Below, one piece after another: positions 37,423-46,884 of a stretch of DNA of 64,000 nucleotides (position 1 is the stretch's first letter; the number at the start of each line of letters is the position of its first letter). The notes under the pieces are model-generated. The model saw only the letters and a program-made list of their open reading frames with translations. It did no database searches and was not told the origin of the DNA. The translations under genes were made by a program, and so were the position numbers. Origin of the DNA: Methylocystis sp. (GTDB lineage: Bacteria; Pseudomonadota; Alphaproteobacteria; Rhizobiales; Beijerinckiaceae); contig JBBARD010000001.1 in assembly GCA_040399965.1 (NCBI GenBank), positions 14,187-78,186 on the forward strand, given 5' to 3'.

Positions 37423-38307
37423 CTAACCTTTCAGCACTTCGACCAAAGTCTTGCCGAGGCGGGCCGGCGAGGGCGAGACTTTAACGCCCGCCGCCTCCAT
37501 CGCCGCGATCTTACTTTCGGCGTCGCCCTTGCCGCCCGAGATGATGGCGCCGGCATGGCCCATGCGACGGCCGGGAGGGGCGGTGCGGCCGGCGATGAAG
37601 CCGACCATCGGCTTCTTGCGGCCGCGCTTCGCCTCGTCGATGAGGAACTGCGCCGCTTCCTCCTCGGCTGAGCCGCCGATCTCGCCGATCATGATGATCG
37701 ACTTCGTGGCGTCGTCGGCGAGGAACAGCTCCAGAACCTCAATGAAGTCTGTGCCCTTGACCGGGTCGCCGCCGATTCCGACCGCGGTGGTCTGGCCGAG
37801 GCCCTCACGGGATGTCTGGAACACCGCCTCATAGGTCAATGTGCCGGAGCGCGAGACGACGCCAACCGAGCCGGGCGAGAAGATATTGCCGGGCATAATG
37901 CCGATCTTGCATTCGCCGGCGGTGACGACGCCGGGGCAGTTAGGGCCGATCAGGCGCGATTTCGAGCCGCTGAGCGAACGCTTGACGCGGATCATATCCT
38001 GCACCGGCACGCCCTCGGTGATGGCGACGATGAGCGGGATTTCCGCATCGATCGCCTCGCAGATGGCGTCGGCGGCCCCCGGCGGCGGAACATAAATGAC
38101 GGAGGCGTCGGCGCCGGTTTTGGCGCGGGCCTCTGCGACCGTGTCGAACACGGGAAGATCGAGATGGGTGGAGCCGCCTTTGCCGGGCGAGACGCCGCCA
38201 ACCATTTTGGTGCCATAGGCGATGCCCTGCTGGGCGTGGAAGGTCGCCGTCTTGCCGGTGAAACCCTGGGTGATGACTTTGGTGTTCTTGTCGATCAACA
38301 CGGACAT
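37423..38307 (-). CDS. sucD: succinyl-CoA ligase (ADP-forming) alpha subunit
   Basis: Contains [16 protein letters not shown] and the active-site motif GHAGAI. Lies directly upstream of sucA. Confidence 0.93.
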   Translation of the reverse strand: MSVLIDKNTKVITQGFTGKTATFHAQQGIAYGTKMVGGVSPGKGGSTHLDLPVFDTVAEARAKTGADASVIYVPPPGAADAICEAIDAEIPLIVAITEGVPVQDMIRVKRSLSGSKSRLIGPNCPGVVTAGECKIGIMPGNIFSPGSVGVVSRSGTLTYEAVFQTSREGLGQTTAVGIGGDPVKGTDFIEVLELFLADDATKSIIMIGEIGGSAEEEAAQFLIDEAKRGRKKPMVGFIAGRTAPPGRRMGHAGAIISGGKGDAESKIAAMEAAGVKVSPSPARLGKTLVEVLKG

Positions 38308-38505
38308 AAGGCGAATTCCTGAGGCGATGCGGCGGCGGGATCGGGGCGGCGCGCTTCATTTAGCCGCGACGCCCCCGGCGCGAAGGGCTCGCGCGGGCGC
38401 AAACTATGGGCAAAGGCGCCGCGAGACAAGGCGGAAAGCGTCCGGGAGGCCGCCCTGCGACGGGCTGTCGCGACGCGAGCGGACTCAAGGCGGAGGAACG
38501 AGGCT

Positions 38506-38857
38506 GTGGAGGGCTGCGGGACGCGGGACTGGCGCTTCTCAAGGATTGACGTCGACAATCGGCCGTCGGAGATTCGTCGCACGAGCGCTTTTCCTCTCGA
38601 CACGCGGGCTATTTCCCAGACCCCTTCGAAAACGGGGCTTCACGGAAGATCAGGCTATCGGCGTGGTCGAGGCGCTGCGAGAGATCGAGGCGTCAGAGCT
38701 GGCCACCAAAAGCGACATTCTGGAGGTCGAGGCGAAGATCGAGACCGGCGTCGCAAATCTGAAAGTCGAAATTATCCGCTGGCTGATCGTCACGCAGGTG
38801 GCGCTGGCGGGTCTCGTTTTCGCGGCGCTCAGGTTCGGAAGGCAACAACATTTATAA
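38506..38857 (+). pseudogene. DUF1640 (coiled-coil, C-terminal TM) family gene, apparently disrupted by a 1-nt insertion in a GGG run at 38606..38608
   Basis: The frame of 38222 gives LRKRGFTEDQAIGVVEALREIEASELATKSDILEVEAKIE...TM, but with no start codon. The frame of 38506 gives AFPLDTR just upstream. Joining the two at the GGG run restores the family N-terminal pattern F-DT-xx-F-x-R-x-LR-xx-GF. Confidence 0.4.
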
Positions 38858-38881
38858 CGCTGCTTTTTGCGATTTGCCCCC

Positions 38882-40048
38882 TCACTGCGGCCATCTCGGA
38901 AACCCGGTCGGCTCCGCCGTTTGCGCGCGGCGTTTCGCCGAGGCGATGTAAACGTCGCGCCGCAACCGGTTGATGCCGCCGAGCGGCCGGTGCTCTTTCA
39001 GCCCGTGCCAGGGCGTCAGGACAAGATGCTCGCATTCCGTCGCCTGTAACGGATTGTCGATGTCCTGTGGGTCGATGACGATGGTCGCGACGTTCTGGTA
39101 GCTCGCGGCGCCGTCGGCTTTCGGCTTCCACTCCATATTGGCGACCTCGATCGGATAGTCCGGGTCGAGGGGCTGGAGACCGTCAGGCCGTAATTGAACC
39201 TGGAAATCAAAAACGACCGGGCGCGCCTCGGGACCCTTGAGGCTATGCTGCAACGCCTCCCGAAGATAATCCGTCGAGGGATTGTCCGGCGTCAGCGAGG
39301 GTTTCGCGGCATTACGCGGCCGCGCCGCGAATTTCGCCGCATGATCCTTGCCGAAGAGGAAGGGCGATCCCGAAAAATAATCGGCGTCCAGCGGATTGGC
39401 CAGCTGCGTCGGCTGTATGACTTGCGTGAGAATCTGGAAGATCTTCATCCGCTCTGGCGTTGGCGGGTTCAGGAAAACGGGAAAGGTTTCTTTCGCATTG
39501 TCTTTCTTGTCGAGCTGGATGCGGGTGAAGGCGAGATATTCCGCGACATCCGGAAAGGCGAACATCGGCTGATTGATCAGCAGAAAATCCTGGGTCTTGC
39601 CGCCCGGCTCCTCAATCAGCGTTTCGCCCTCGACGCCCAGCAGCTTGATCGCCATGCCGCGGCTGTCGGCCTTTTTGTCGTTGACGTCGGGCGCGATCAC
39701 GGCGGTGGCGTTGGAGAAGCGTATCCACGCCGGATAGCTTTTGCCCGGCGTCGCGAACACGCCGACGCGGAATTTTTCCGGCAAATCGGAGTTGACCGTA
39801 AAACGCGCCTTCACGCAGCCATGCGCCTTCGGATGAACGGCGCGGCGCGCCATGGTTTCGCCCGCGCCGGCGCCGTAGCGCAGCTCCATCAGCTTGCCGG
39901 TGAGCGCCACCTGTTCAGCGATCTGCGCGGCTTCGTCCTTTGGAACGGTCTCTAACGTCGTTGCCGGATATTCCCCGGCGTTGGCCATCGCCGCCCATGG
40001 GGTGGCTGAAAAGGAGATTAAAAGAGCCGTAAAAATCGACCTTGTCAT
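38882..40048 (-). CDS. secreted catalase-related haem protein (catalase-like domain only)
   Basis: ORF trimmed to ATG 40048 (GAGG upstream). Signal peptide MTRSIFTALLISFSATPWAAMANA. Distal-His motif RRAVHPKAHGC and proximal R-x-x-x-Y (RLRRDVY). Confidence 0.8.
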   Translation of the reverse strand: MTRSIFTALLISFSATPWAAMANAGEYPATTLETVPKDEAAQIAEQVALTGKLMELRYGAGAGETMARRAVHPKAHGCVKARFTVNSDLPEKFRVGVFATPGKSYPAWIRFSNATAVIAPDVNDKKADSRGMAIKLLGVEGETLIEEPGGKTQDFLLINQPMFAFPDVAEYLAFTRIQLDKKDNAKETFPVFLNPPTPERMKIFQILTQVIQPTQLANPLDADYFSGSPFLFGKDHAAKFAARPRNAAKPSLTPDNPSTDYLREALQHSLKGPEARPVVFDFQVQLRPDGLQPLDPDYPIEVANMEWKPKADGAASYQNVATIVIDPQDIDNPLQATECEHLVLTPWHGLKEHRPLGGINRLRRDVYIASAKRRAQTAEPTGFPRWPQ

Positions 40049-40167
40049 GTTCGCCTCACGGGTAGATGGCGTCACCGCGTGTCCATAAGCCCAAAAATGG
40101 AAAACGCTGAGCGACTGGGCAAAACACATGGTCGGGACGGTCTGCGCCATCCCGGTTAAACTACGCC

Positions 40168-41919
40168 TCAAAGCGTCTTGAGATATTCCAGCAGCGCTTT
40201 TTTCTCCGCGTCGCTCAGGGCTGTGCCGTAGTCGTGGCCGCAATGGCTGACGCCGGAACGCCGGTCGCAATCGGTCTGCATCGTGAAGGTCGATTTCGGC
40301 TGTTCGACCGCCAGTCCGACCGTGGCGAGATCGTAGGACGGCCCGACCTTGAACGATGCGACGCGCGTTTGCGGCGGTTTCAGCAATTCCGCCAGCGACG
40401 GAACGGAGGCGTTGTGCAGAAAGGGCGCGGCGGCCCAGATGCCCTGCATCACGCGCGCTTCATACTTGAGCTTGCCCTCGGTCTCCGGCGCTCTGGCGCA
40501 AGCCCAGCGGCCGGCGCCGGAGGCGCCGGGCATCTCGTAGGCGCCCTTCAGCTCTTCGACCAGGGGTTGCAGGACGCCGAGCGCAAGTTGCGCCTTGCGC
40601 CGGTCGCTCTCACTGGCCGTGATCGGGATGAAATGCTGAAGGATCGCGCCGCGCACGGCGGTCCCGAGAATCGCGACGGGCGCGTCGGTCTTGTTCAGCG
40701 CCGGCGAGACGAAGGGGATCTGCGCGCCCTCCAGCGCGCCGGAAGGAACCAGCCAATCCGGCGCGAAATATTGATACTCGCGCGCGTCTGTGCCGACGTC
40801 CTGAATGGGCGTGCACCAGGTGTCCGGATTCAAAAGACGCGGCTGACCTTTCGTGACGCCGTGGCAATCGACGCAGCCGCCGTTCTCGTAGGGCCGCTCA
40901 TAGATATTGCGGCCCTGTTCGACCAGCGTGTAATCCACCGGCCATGCCCATCTTGGCGGACCGATGCGCTCGACGAGATGTTCGAGCTGGATCAATCCTG
41001 CGAAATCGACTGAATTGTTGCGGGTAAAATTGAATCCGAGCAGATGGGTTTTGTCCGGCTCCGGGTAGAATTCGCCGAAGACTCCGTAGACCTGCCCGAC
41101 ATTGCGCGCCATCGCCAGAATCCGGTCGCCATTGTCGGCGAAGCCCGGCCATTGCGTATGATCCTGACGCGGCGCGTTCCAGAGGAAGGGCGGCCGCACA
41201 GGCGCATCCGCCATGCGGATGCTGTCGTGCAGGATGTGCGTCGGACCCGGTCCAAGATCGAGACCGGTGACGCGGTTGAGGATCATGCCGACCGCATCGA
41301 TCCGACCGGCGCCCCAGGGCTTGTCCTTGGGCAGACCCCTGGAGGTGATGGCGTTGTGGCGCGCATGCCAGAGATCGACCTCGATCCGCAGCCTGGCCTC
41401 CTCCTGCGGGTTGTCGTTCGCCCCGAGAACGGCGCGGGAAAAGTCGGCGAAGGCCGCCGGGGTCGCTAGCGCCTTGCCCACGGCCGCGTCGAGTTCCGCC
41501 CAAAGCGCGCCCATATCGGCCAGCGATGGTCCGCCGTCGATACGATAGTCCTTGCCGCCGATTTCGATTTGCCGCGTGTGACACGCCGCGCAATTGGGTC
41601 CGAGATAGCCATCGTCGGTGACGGTGAAGCCGACCGGAAGCCCCTTCGGATTTTGCGGGTTCGGCAGATAGCCGTAACGCGTCAGCCCCTCGGCGAGGGT
41701 TTGGCCGTCAGGGAGTTTCAGGGCCTGCGCCCATTTCCAGGGGATCATGCGCGACCCCTGGCTCTCAACGTAAAACTGGCTCCAGGCCGCCTCGTCCCAG
41801 GGGGCGGCGGCGGCGCTCGATTGCTGATTGAGCCGCTCGTAAGCGAAGCTGTTGGCGAGAGAAAAAGCGCAAAAACCGGCCGCAATCGCGACCCGGAAAA
41901 TAAACTTTGCAATTTTCAT
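40168..41919 (-). CDS. secreted di-haem cytochrome c, di-haem-peroxidase / RoxA-like family
   Basis: ORF trimmed to ATG 41919. Signal peptide present. Two CxxCH motifs: CAACH at residues 110-114 and CVDCH at 349-353. The N-terminal FYVESQGSRMIPWKW...GLPVGF block is typical of this family. Confidence 0.8.
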   Translation of the reverse strand: MKIAKFIFRVAIAAGFCAFSLANSFAYERLNQQSSAAAAPWDEAAWSQFYVESQGSRMIPWKWAQALKLPDGQTLAEGLTRYGYLPNPQNPKGLPVGFTVTDDGYLGPNCAACHTRQIEIGGKDYRIDGGPSLADMGALWAELDAAVGKALATPAAFADFSRAVLGANDNPQEEARLRIEVDLWHARHNAITSRGLPKDKPWGAGRIDAVGMILNRVTGLDLGPGPTHILHDSIRMADAPVRPPFLWNAPRQDHTQWPGFADNGDRILAMARNVGQVYGVFGEFYPEPDKTHLLGFNFTRNNSVDFAGLIQLEHLVERIGPPRWAWPVDYTLVEQGRNIYERPYENGGCVDCHGVTKGQPRLLNPDTWCTPIQDVGTDAREYQYFAPDWLVPSGALEGAQIPFVSPALNKTDAPVAILGTAVRGAILQHFIPITASESDRRKAQLALGVLQPLVEELKGAYEMPGASGAGRWACARAPETEGKLKYEARVMQGIWAAAPFLHNASVPSLAELLKPPQTRVASFKVGPSYDLATVGLAVEQPKSTFTMQTDCDRRSGVSHCGHDYGTALSDAEKKALLEYLKTL

Positions 41920-42101
41920 GACCGGACTCCCATTGGACAAGGGGAAAAATCCAGGATCGATCCGAAACTCCGGGATTGGCCTGCCCGACAAATGTCATTG
42001 TCAGTCCAGCGCATGGTCCGCGATCGCCGCGTGAGTGTCAACGCAGGCTGCAGACAGTTCTTCCCCTCCTGTTTCAGGGAGGGCGGTGAGAATAATCCGC
42101 G

Positions 42102-42133
42102 AAAAAAAGCCGGCGGAGCGCGCCCCGCCGGCT
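42102..42133 (-). terminator. strong rho-independent terminator immediately after rplA
   Basis: Stem AGCCGGCGG/CCGCCGGCT (42108..42116 and 42125..42133), followed on the minus strand by a T7 run. Confidence 0.75.
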
Positions 42134-42160
42134 TCTAACATTCTGGATTTGCTGTTTTTT

Positions 42161-42865
<705 letters not shown>

Positions 42866-42869
42866 CGTC

Positions 42870-43316
42870 TTACTCCACCACCTGCAGGCCCATGGCGCGG
42901 GCCGAGCCTTCGATCATCGACATTGCGGATTCAATCGAGGAGCAGTTGAGATCGACGATTTTCTTTTCGGCGATGTCCCGAATCTGCGCCTTCGTCACCT
43001 TGCCGACGGTGGTGCGGCCGGGGGTCTTGGAGCCCGAGGCCGGCTTTTTTCCGATCTTGAGACCGACCGCCTTCTTCAGGAAGAAGCTGACCGGCGGCTG
43101 CTTCATCTCGAAGGTGAAGGAACGGTCCTGATAGGCGGTGATGATGACGGGGATCGGCGTCCCCTTTTCCATCTGGGCCGTCTTGGCGTTGAACGCCTTG
43201 CAGAACTCCATGATGTTCAAGCCGCGCTGACCGAGCGCGGGTCCGATCGGCGGCGAGGGGTTCGCCGCGCCGGCCGGCACTTGCAGCTTTATGTAGCCGG
43301 CAATTTTCTTCGCCAT
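42870..43316 (-). CDS. rplK: 50S ribosomal protein L11
   Basis: [32 protein letters not shown]. Has a small insertion in the linker relative to E. coli L11. Confidence 0.97.
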   Translation of the reverse strand: MAKKIAGYIKLQVPAGAANPSPPIGPALGQRGLNIMEFCKAFNAKTAQMEKGTPIPVIITAYQDRSFTFEMKQPPVSFFLKKAVGLKIGKKPASGSKTPGRTTVGKVTKAQIRDIAEKKIVDLNCSSIESAMSMIEGSARAMGLQVVE

Positions 43317-43450
43317 GTGGTTTCTCCAACATGTGATCGCGCCGCACGCCGGGCGTACGGGCCATCGGTTGCAGGTCGTGGTCCGGCATGAACTCCCCGA
43401 TGGCGTCGGGGCATGTCTTCCACGGCGGTCTCCCGTCGCCGGCGGCGACG

Positions 43451-43474
43451 AAAAAAGCCCTCGGCGAGAGGGCT
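43451..43474 (-). terminator. rho-independent terminator between the nusG-proximal insertion and the rplK leader
   Basis: Stem AGCCCTC/GAGGGCT (43456..43462 and 43468..43474), followed on the minus strand by a T6 run. Confidence 0.6.
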
Positions 43475-43874
43475 GGAGGTCTTATAGAGGATCAGGGAAC
43501 GAACGCAACCCGATACCCCGGTCCTCTGAGCTTCTCTTCACGCCCTCACCCCTCGTTGGGATTGATCGTCTGACAGGCTTTTATCCCGGACAGGCGCCTG
43601 CCCTTGCGGCTTTCGCTTCCGTCGCCGTTGTGGCCGATGCACAAGCCCGCGCTGCCCGATGTCCGGCGAAACATTGAAAACGCCAGCGCGAACTCTCTGA
43701 AAACTGTCTCGACCAAGAGCTGGACAAAGATTCCAATGACGCCGGTCGGCGTCGCGTTGATGCTGAGCCTAAAAAGTCGTCAAAGCTTGGGGAATAACCG
43801 CGCCAGCGCTCAATGCGCTTCCGGCGAGAGGCCGGTCTTCTGTTCGAGGCGGCGCGCGCGCTCGTCAAGTACCG

Positions 43875-44117
43875 TCAGCAGGACGCCGTGGCCGACGACG
43901 ACGAATGATATTCCATCACCGATCGGCGCAACCCGCCGATCTGGTCGCCAAGCCGTTTTTCAAGCACCAGTATGTCGGAGGCGACATTGGCGCGCAGCGA
44001 TTTGATTTCCGATTGTACATCAGCGATTTTGTCGGCGAGGCTGTCCACCTTACCGTCGATCCTGCGCAACATCGCCAGTGTGAAATTCTCGGGCTCGTCG
44101 CTCATTACGGCATTCAT
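43875..44117 (-). CDS. small coiled-coil hypothetical protein (80 aa as read, possibly frameshifted)
   Basis: Balanced, heptad-like composition (MLRRIDGKVDSLADKIADVQSEIKSLRANV), unlike the Arg/Ala-rich shadow ORFs around it. See the corresponding finding for the (TCG)4 frameshift hypothesis. Confidence 0.4.
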   Translation of the reverse strand: MNAVMSDEPENFTLAMLRRIDGKVDSLADKIADVQSEIKSLRANVASDILVLEKRLGDQIGGLRRSVMEYHSSSSATASC

Positions 44118-44240
44118 CGCCTGTCGCCACGATGCGACGGCGCCCTCATAGCACGTGAATGTAAAAACTGGCAGGGAAGTTTCGTGCGCTCGTCAAGACA
44201 ACGGCAAGGCTGGACCCGGTTAAGAGCAGAATAGGACAGC

Positions 44241-44771
44241 CTAGACCTTCTCGACCTGGCCGAACTCCAGCTCCACCGGGGTCGGACGGCCGAAGATCGA
44301 GACGGCGACCTTGAGGCGCGAACGATCTTCGTCGACCTCCTCAACCAGACCATTGAAGGAGGCGAAGGGGCCGTCGGCGACGCGCACCGTCTCGCCGATT
44401 TCGAAGCTGATCGTCGGCTTGGGCCGTTCGACGCCCTCGGCGACCTGGCCCTTGATGCGCATCGCCTCCGCTTCGGAGATCGGCATCGGCTTGTTGTCAG
44501 CGCCCAGAAAGCCGGTGACTTTTGGCGTGTTCTTGATCAGCGAAAAGACCGGATCGGTGAGATTGCATTTCACTAGCACGTAGCCGGGGAAAAACTTGCG
44601 CTCGGTGTTCACCTTTCGGCCGCGCCGGACCTCGACAACATGCTCCGTCGGCACAAGGATCTCTTCGAAGTTTTCCGAGAGCTGGCGTTGCGCCGCCCCT
44701 TCGCGAATGGCTTCCGCCACCTTCTTTTCGAAATTCGAATAGGCGTGAACGATATACCAGCGCATGGTCAT
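44241..44771 (-). CDS. nusG: transcription termination/antitermination factor NusG
   Basis: MRWYIVHAYSNFEKKV, NGN plus KOW domains. Confidence 0.97.
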   Translation of the reverse strand: MTMRWYIVHAYSNFEKKVAEAIREGAAQRQLSENFEEILVPTEHVVEVRRGRKVNTERKFFPGYVLVKCNLTDPVFSLIKNTPKVTGFLGADNKPMPISEAEAMRIKGQVAEGVERPKPTISFEIGETVRVADGPFASFNGLVEEVDEDRSRLKVAVSIFGRPTPVELEFGQVEKV

Positions 44772-44798
44772 GAGGGCGTCATCCGCTCAGAAAATAAT

Positions 44799-44990
44799 TT
44801 AAAAACCGCCGCCGATGACGATTTTCACGATAAACCGCAAAACCGAGTCGACGAGCACGAAGAAGAGGCTGGCGAGCAAAACCATGGCGATCACGAGTCC
44901 GGTCGTCACCATGGTTTCTCGGCGTGACGGCCACGTGACCTTCTTCGCCTCTGCGCGAACTTCCTGAATAAAGGTAAAGGGGTTAACCAT
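44799..44990 (-). CDS. secE: preprotein translocase subunit SecE
   Basis: ORF trimmed to ATG 44990. Contains FIQEVRAEAKKVTWPSRRE followed by a single TM helix. Confidence 0.85.
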   Translation of the reverse strand: MVNPFTFIQEVRAEAKKVTWPSRRETMVTTGLVIAMVLLASLFFVLVDSVLRFIVKIVIGGGF

Positions 44991-45250
44991 TGTCTCAACC
45001 CATTGCAGCACGACACGCGCGTCAAGATCGATTTCGGTCCCGACGGGCGCGTATCGAAAACAATTGCGGCGCGGAACCTTCCGGCCCCGCGCCACTCATA
45101 GGAACGAATATATCCCTCTCGACGCCAAAGGCCAAGCGAAAAAACTGCCCACTTTGATCGCTGTCGACGGGCGACCGACCGAGGTCCTGTGGCCAGCAGG
45201 GGAATTTACGGATATGCAGCCCCCACCCCGCTTTTGAACTGGAGGCCCGG

Positions 45251-45592
45251 ATGCGTTTCCTTCCTCTCGCCGCCCCCATGGTCCTTGTTGCGCTGCTGGT
45301 CGGTTGCAACGCTCCCCGACAGACCGGCCCGGCTGTCGATCCGACCGGGCCGGCGCCGCAGGGCGTGACGGGCGCCGCCATGGGCTCCGCCGGCTCGGGC
45401 TGCGCCGCAGCCATCGGACGCTATCGATCCGTCATTGAGAACGATCTCAAGATGGGCCATGTAAATCAGAGCGTCTATAGCCTGATTCAGGGCGAGATCG
45501 GCGAGGCCGATACGGCCTGCGCCGCCGGTCAGGACGCTCGCGCCGTCTCTCTGGTCCGCGCCTCGAAATCGCGTCATGGATATCCAGGCTAG
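45251..45592 (+). CDS. hypothetical lipoprotein
   Basis: Signal peptide with lipobox LLVGC. 113 aa. Confidence 0.55.
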   Translation: MRFLPLAAPMVLVALLVGCNAPRQTGPAVDPTGPAPQGVTGAAMGSAGSGCAAAIGRYRSVIENDLKMGHVNQSVYSLIQGEIGEADTACAAGQDARAVSLVRASKSRHGYPG

Positions 45593-45710
45593 ACGGTTTC
45601 AGCCGACCAGGCTGGAAAGGTCCAGTTATCCAGGCTTTGAATTCGTCGGGTTGGTTCACTAGATCCCCAAGAACGAATCCCGCTCATGACGCGCGCAGGG
45701 TGAAAGCAAA

Positions 45711-46043
45711 ATGATAAATATCAAATCAATGGGGCTGGCCTTAATCGCAACTGCGAGCATTTCCGGCGCAGCGCTTGCGCAGGACGCTTTTTCACTGACC
45801 ATCAGAGACCATAAATTCGACCCTGCAGAACTGCGCATCCCGGCTGACAAGGCGGTAACGCTGGTTGTCAAAAATCTCGACCCTACTCCTGAGGAGTTCG
45901 AGAGCAAGCCATTGAGAATAGAGAAAATCGTGCCGCCCAACAGCGAAGCTAGCTTCACGTTGCGGCCGCTCAGGCCGGGCCGCTACAAATTCTCCGGAGA
46001 ATTCCACGAGGACACCGCCCGCGGCGAGATCATCGTCGACTGA
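45711..46043 (+). CDS. periplasmic cupredoxin-fold protein (FtrB-like)
   Basis: Signal peptide followed by about 85 aa of beta-sandwich sequence (IPADKAVTLVVKNLD...GRYKFSGEFH). Directly precedes the FTR1 permease gene. Confidence 0.7.
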   Translation: MINIKSMGLALIATASISGAALAQDAFSLTIRDHKFDPAELRIPADKAVTLVVKNLDPTPEEFESKPLRIEKIVPPNSEASFTLRPLRPGRYKFSGEFHEDTARGEIIVD

Positions 46044-46056
46044 CAATGGAGACCCT

Positions 46057-46884
46057 ATGCTCGGCGCATTGATCATCGTTTTTCGTGAGGCTATTGAAGC
46101 GGGCCTGATCGTTGGCATTGTCCTGGCGGTCACGCGCGGCGTTCCTCTTGCTGGCCGTTATGTTCTGGGCGGCGTCGCGACCGGCGCGATCGGCGCCCTG
46201 CTCGTCGCAGCCTTCGCGGATCGGTTGTCGCGCGCATTCGCCGGCAGCGGCCAGGAATTGTTCAACGCGGCCGTGCTCGCGCTCGCGGTTGGCATGCTCG
46301 CCTGGCACAATATCTGGATGGCCCGTCATGGCCGAGAAATGGCGCAGGAGCTATCAGCCGTCGGAAAGTCGGTGGCTGCCGGCGAGCGTACGTTGTTCGC
46401 GCTGGCGAGCGTTGTCGGTCTCGCCATTTTACGCGAGGGGGCTGAGGTCGCGCTTTTTCTTTACGGCGTGCTCGCCTCAGGAGAATCCGGCTTCGATGTG
46501 TTTTTGGGCGGATTGATGGGGCTCGCTCTGGGCGGGGCGACGAGCCTTGCGACCTTCTATGGACTTGTCAACATACCGCCCAGGCATCTCTTCGCCGTGA
46601 CCACGGCTCTGATCACCCTTCTCGCCGCCGGTCTCGCCGCCCAATGCGTCGGCTTCCTTCAACAGGCTGGCCTGATTACTGCGCTTTCCGATACGCTGTG
46701 GGACAGCTCCTGGTTATTGTCGGACAAGAGCATTCCCGGCCGCGTGCTGCACACGCTGGTGGGTTACGCCGACCAGCCCTCGGGGATGCAGGTCCTCGCC
46801 TGGATCGCGACGCTTGTCGCGATCTATGGCGCAACGAAGCTGCTTTCGCCGACCCCGTCCACGCCGGCGCGGGTGGCGGCCTGA
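46057..46884 (+). CDS. FTR1-family high-affinity iron permease
   Basis: Two REXXE motifs (REAIE and REGAE) and seven TM helices. Confidence 0.88.
   Translation: MLGALIIVFREAIEAGLIVGIVLAVTRGVPLAGRYVLGGVATGAIGALLVAAFADRLSRAFAGSGQELFNAAVLALAVGMLAWHNIWMARHGREMAQELSAVGKSVAAGERTLFALASVVGLAILREGAEVALFLYGVLASGESGFDVFLGGLMGLALGGATSLATFYGLVNIPPRHLFAVTTALITLLAAGLAAQCVGFLQQAGLITALSDTLWDSSWLLSDKSIPGRVLHTLVGYADQPSGMQVLAWIATLVAIYGATKLLSPTPSTPARVAA

Noticed and set aside
43581-44005. ORFs 43581..43868 (-, 95 aa) and 43604..44005 (+, 133 aa) in the nusG-rplK spacer.
   Set aside because: The translations are Arg/Ser/Ala-rich and not protein-like. They overlap each other and the more credible small coiled-coil ORF, and neither has an RBS.
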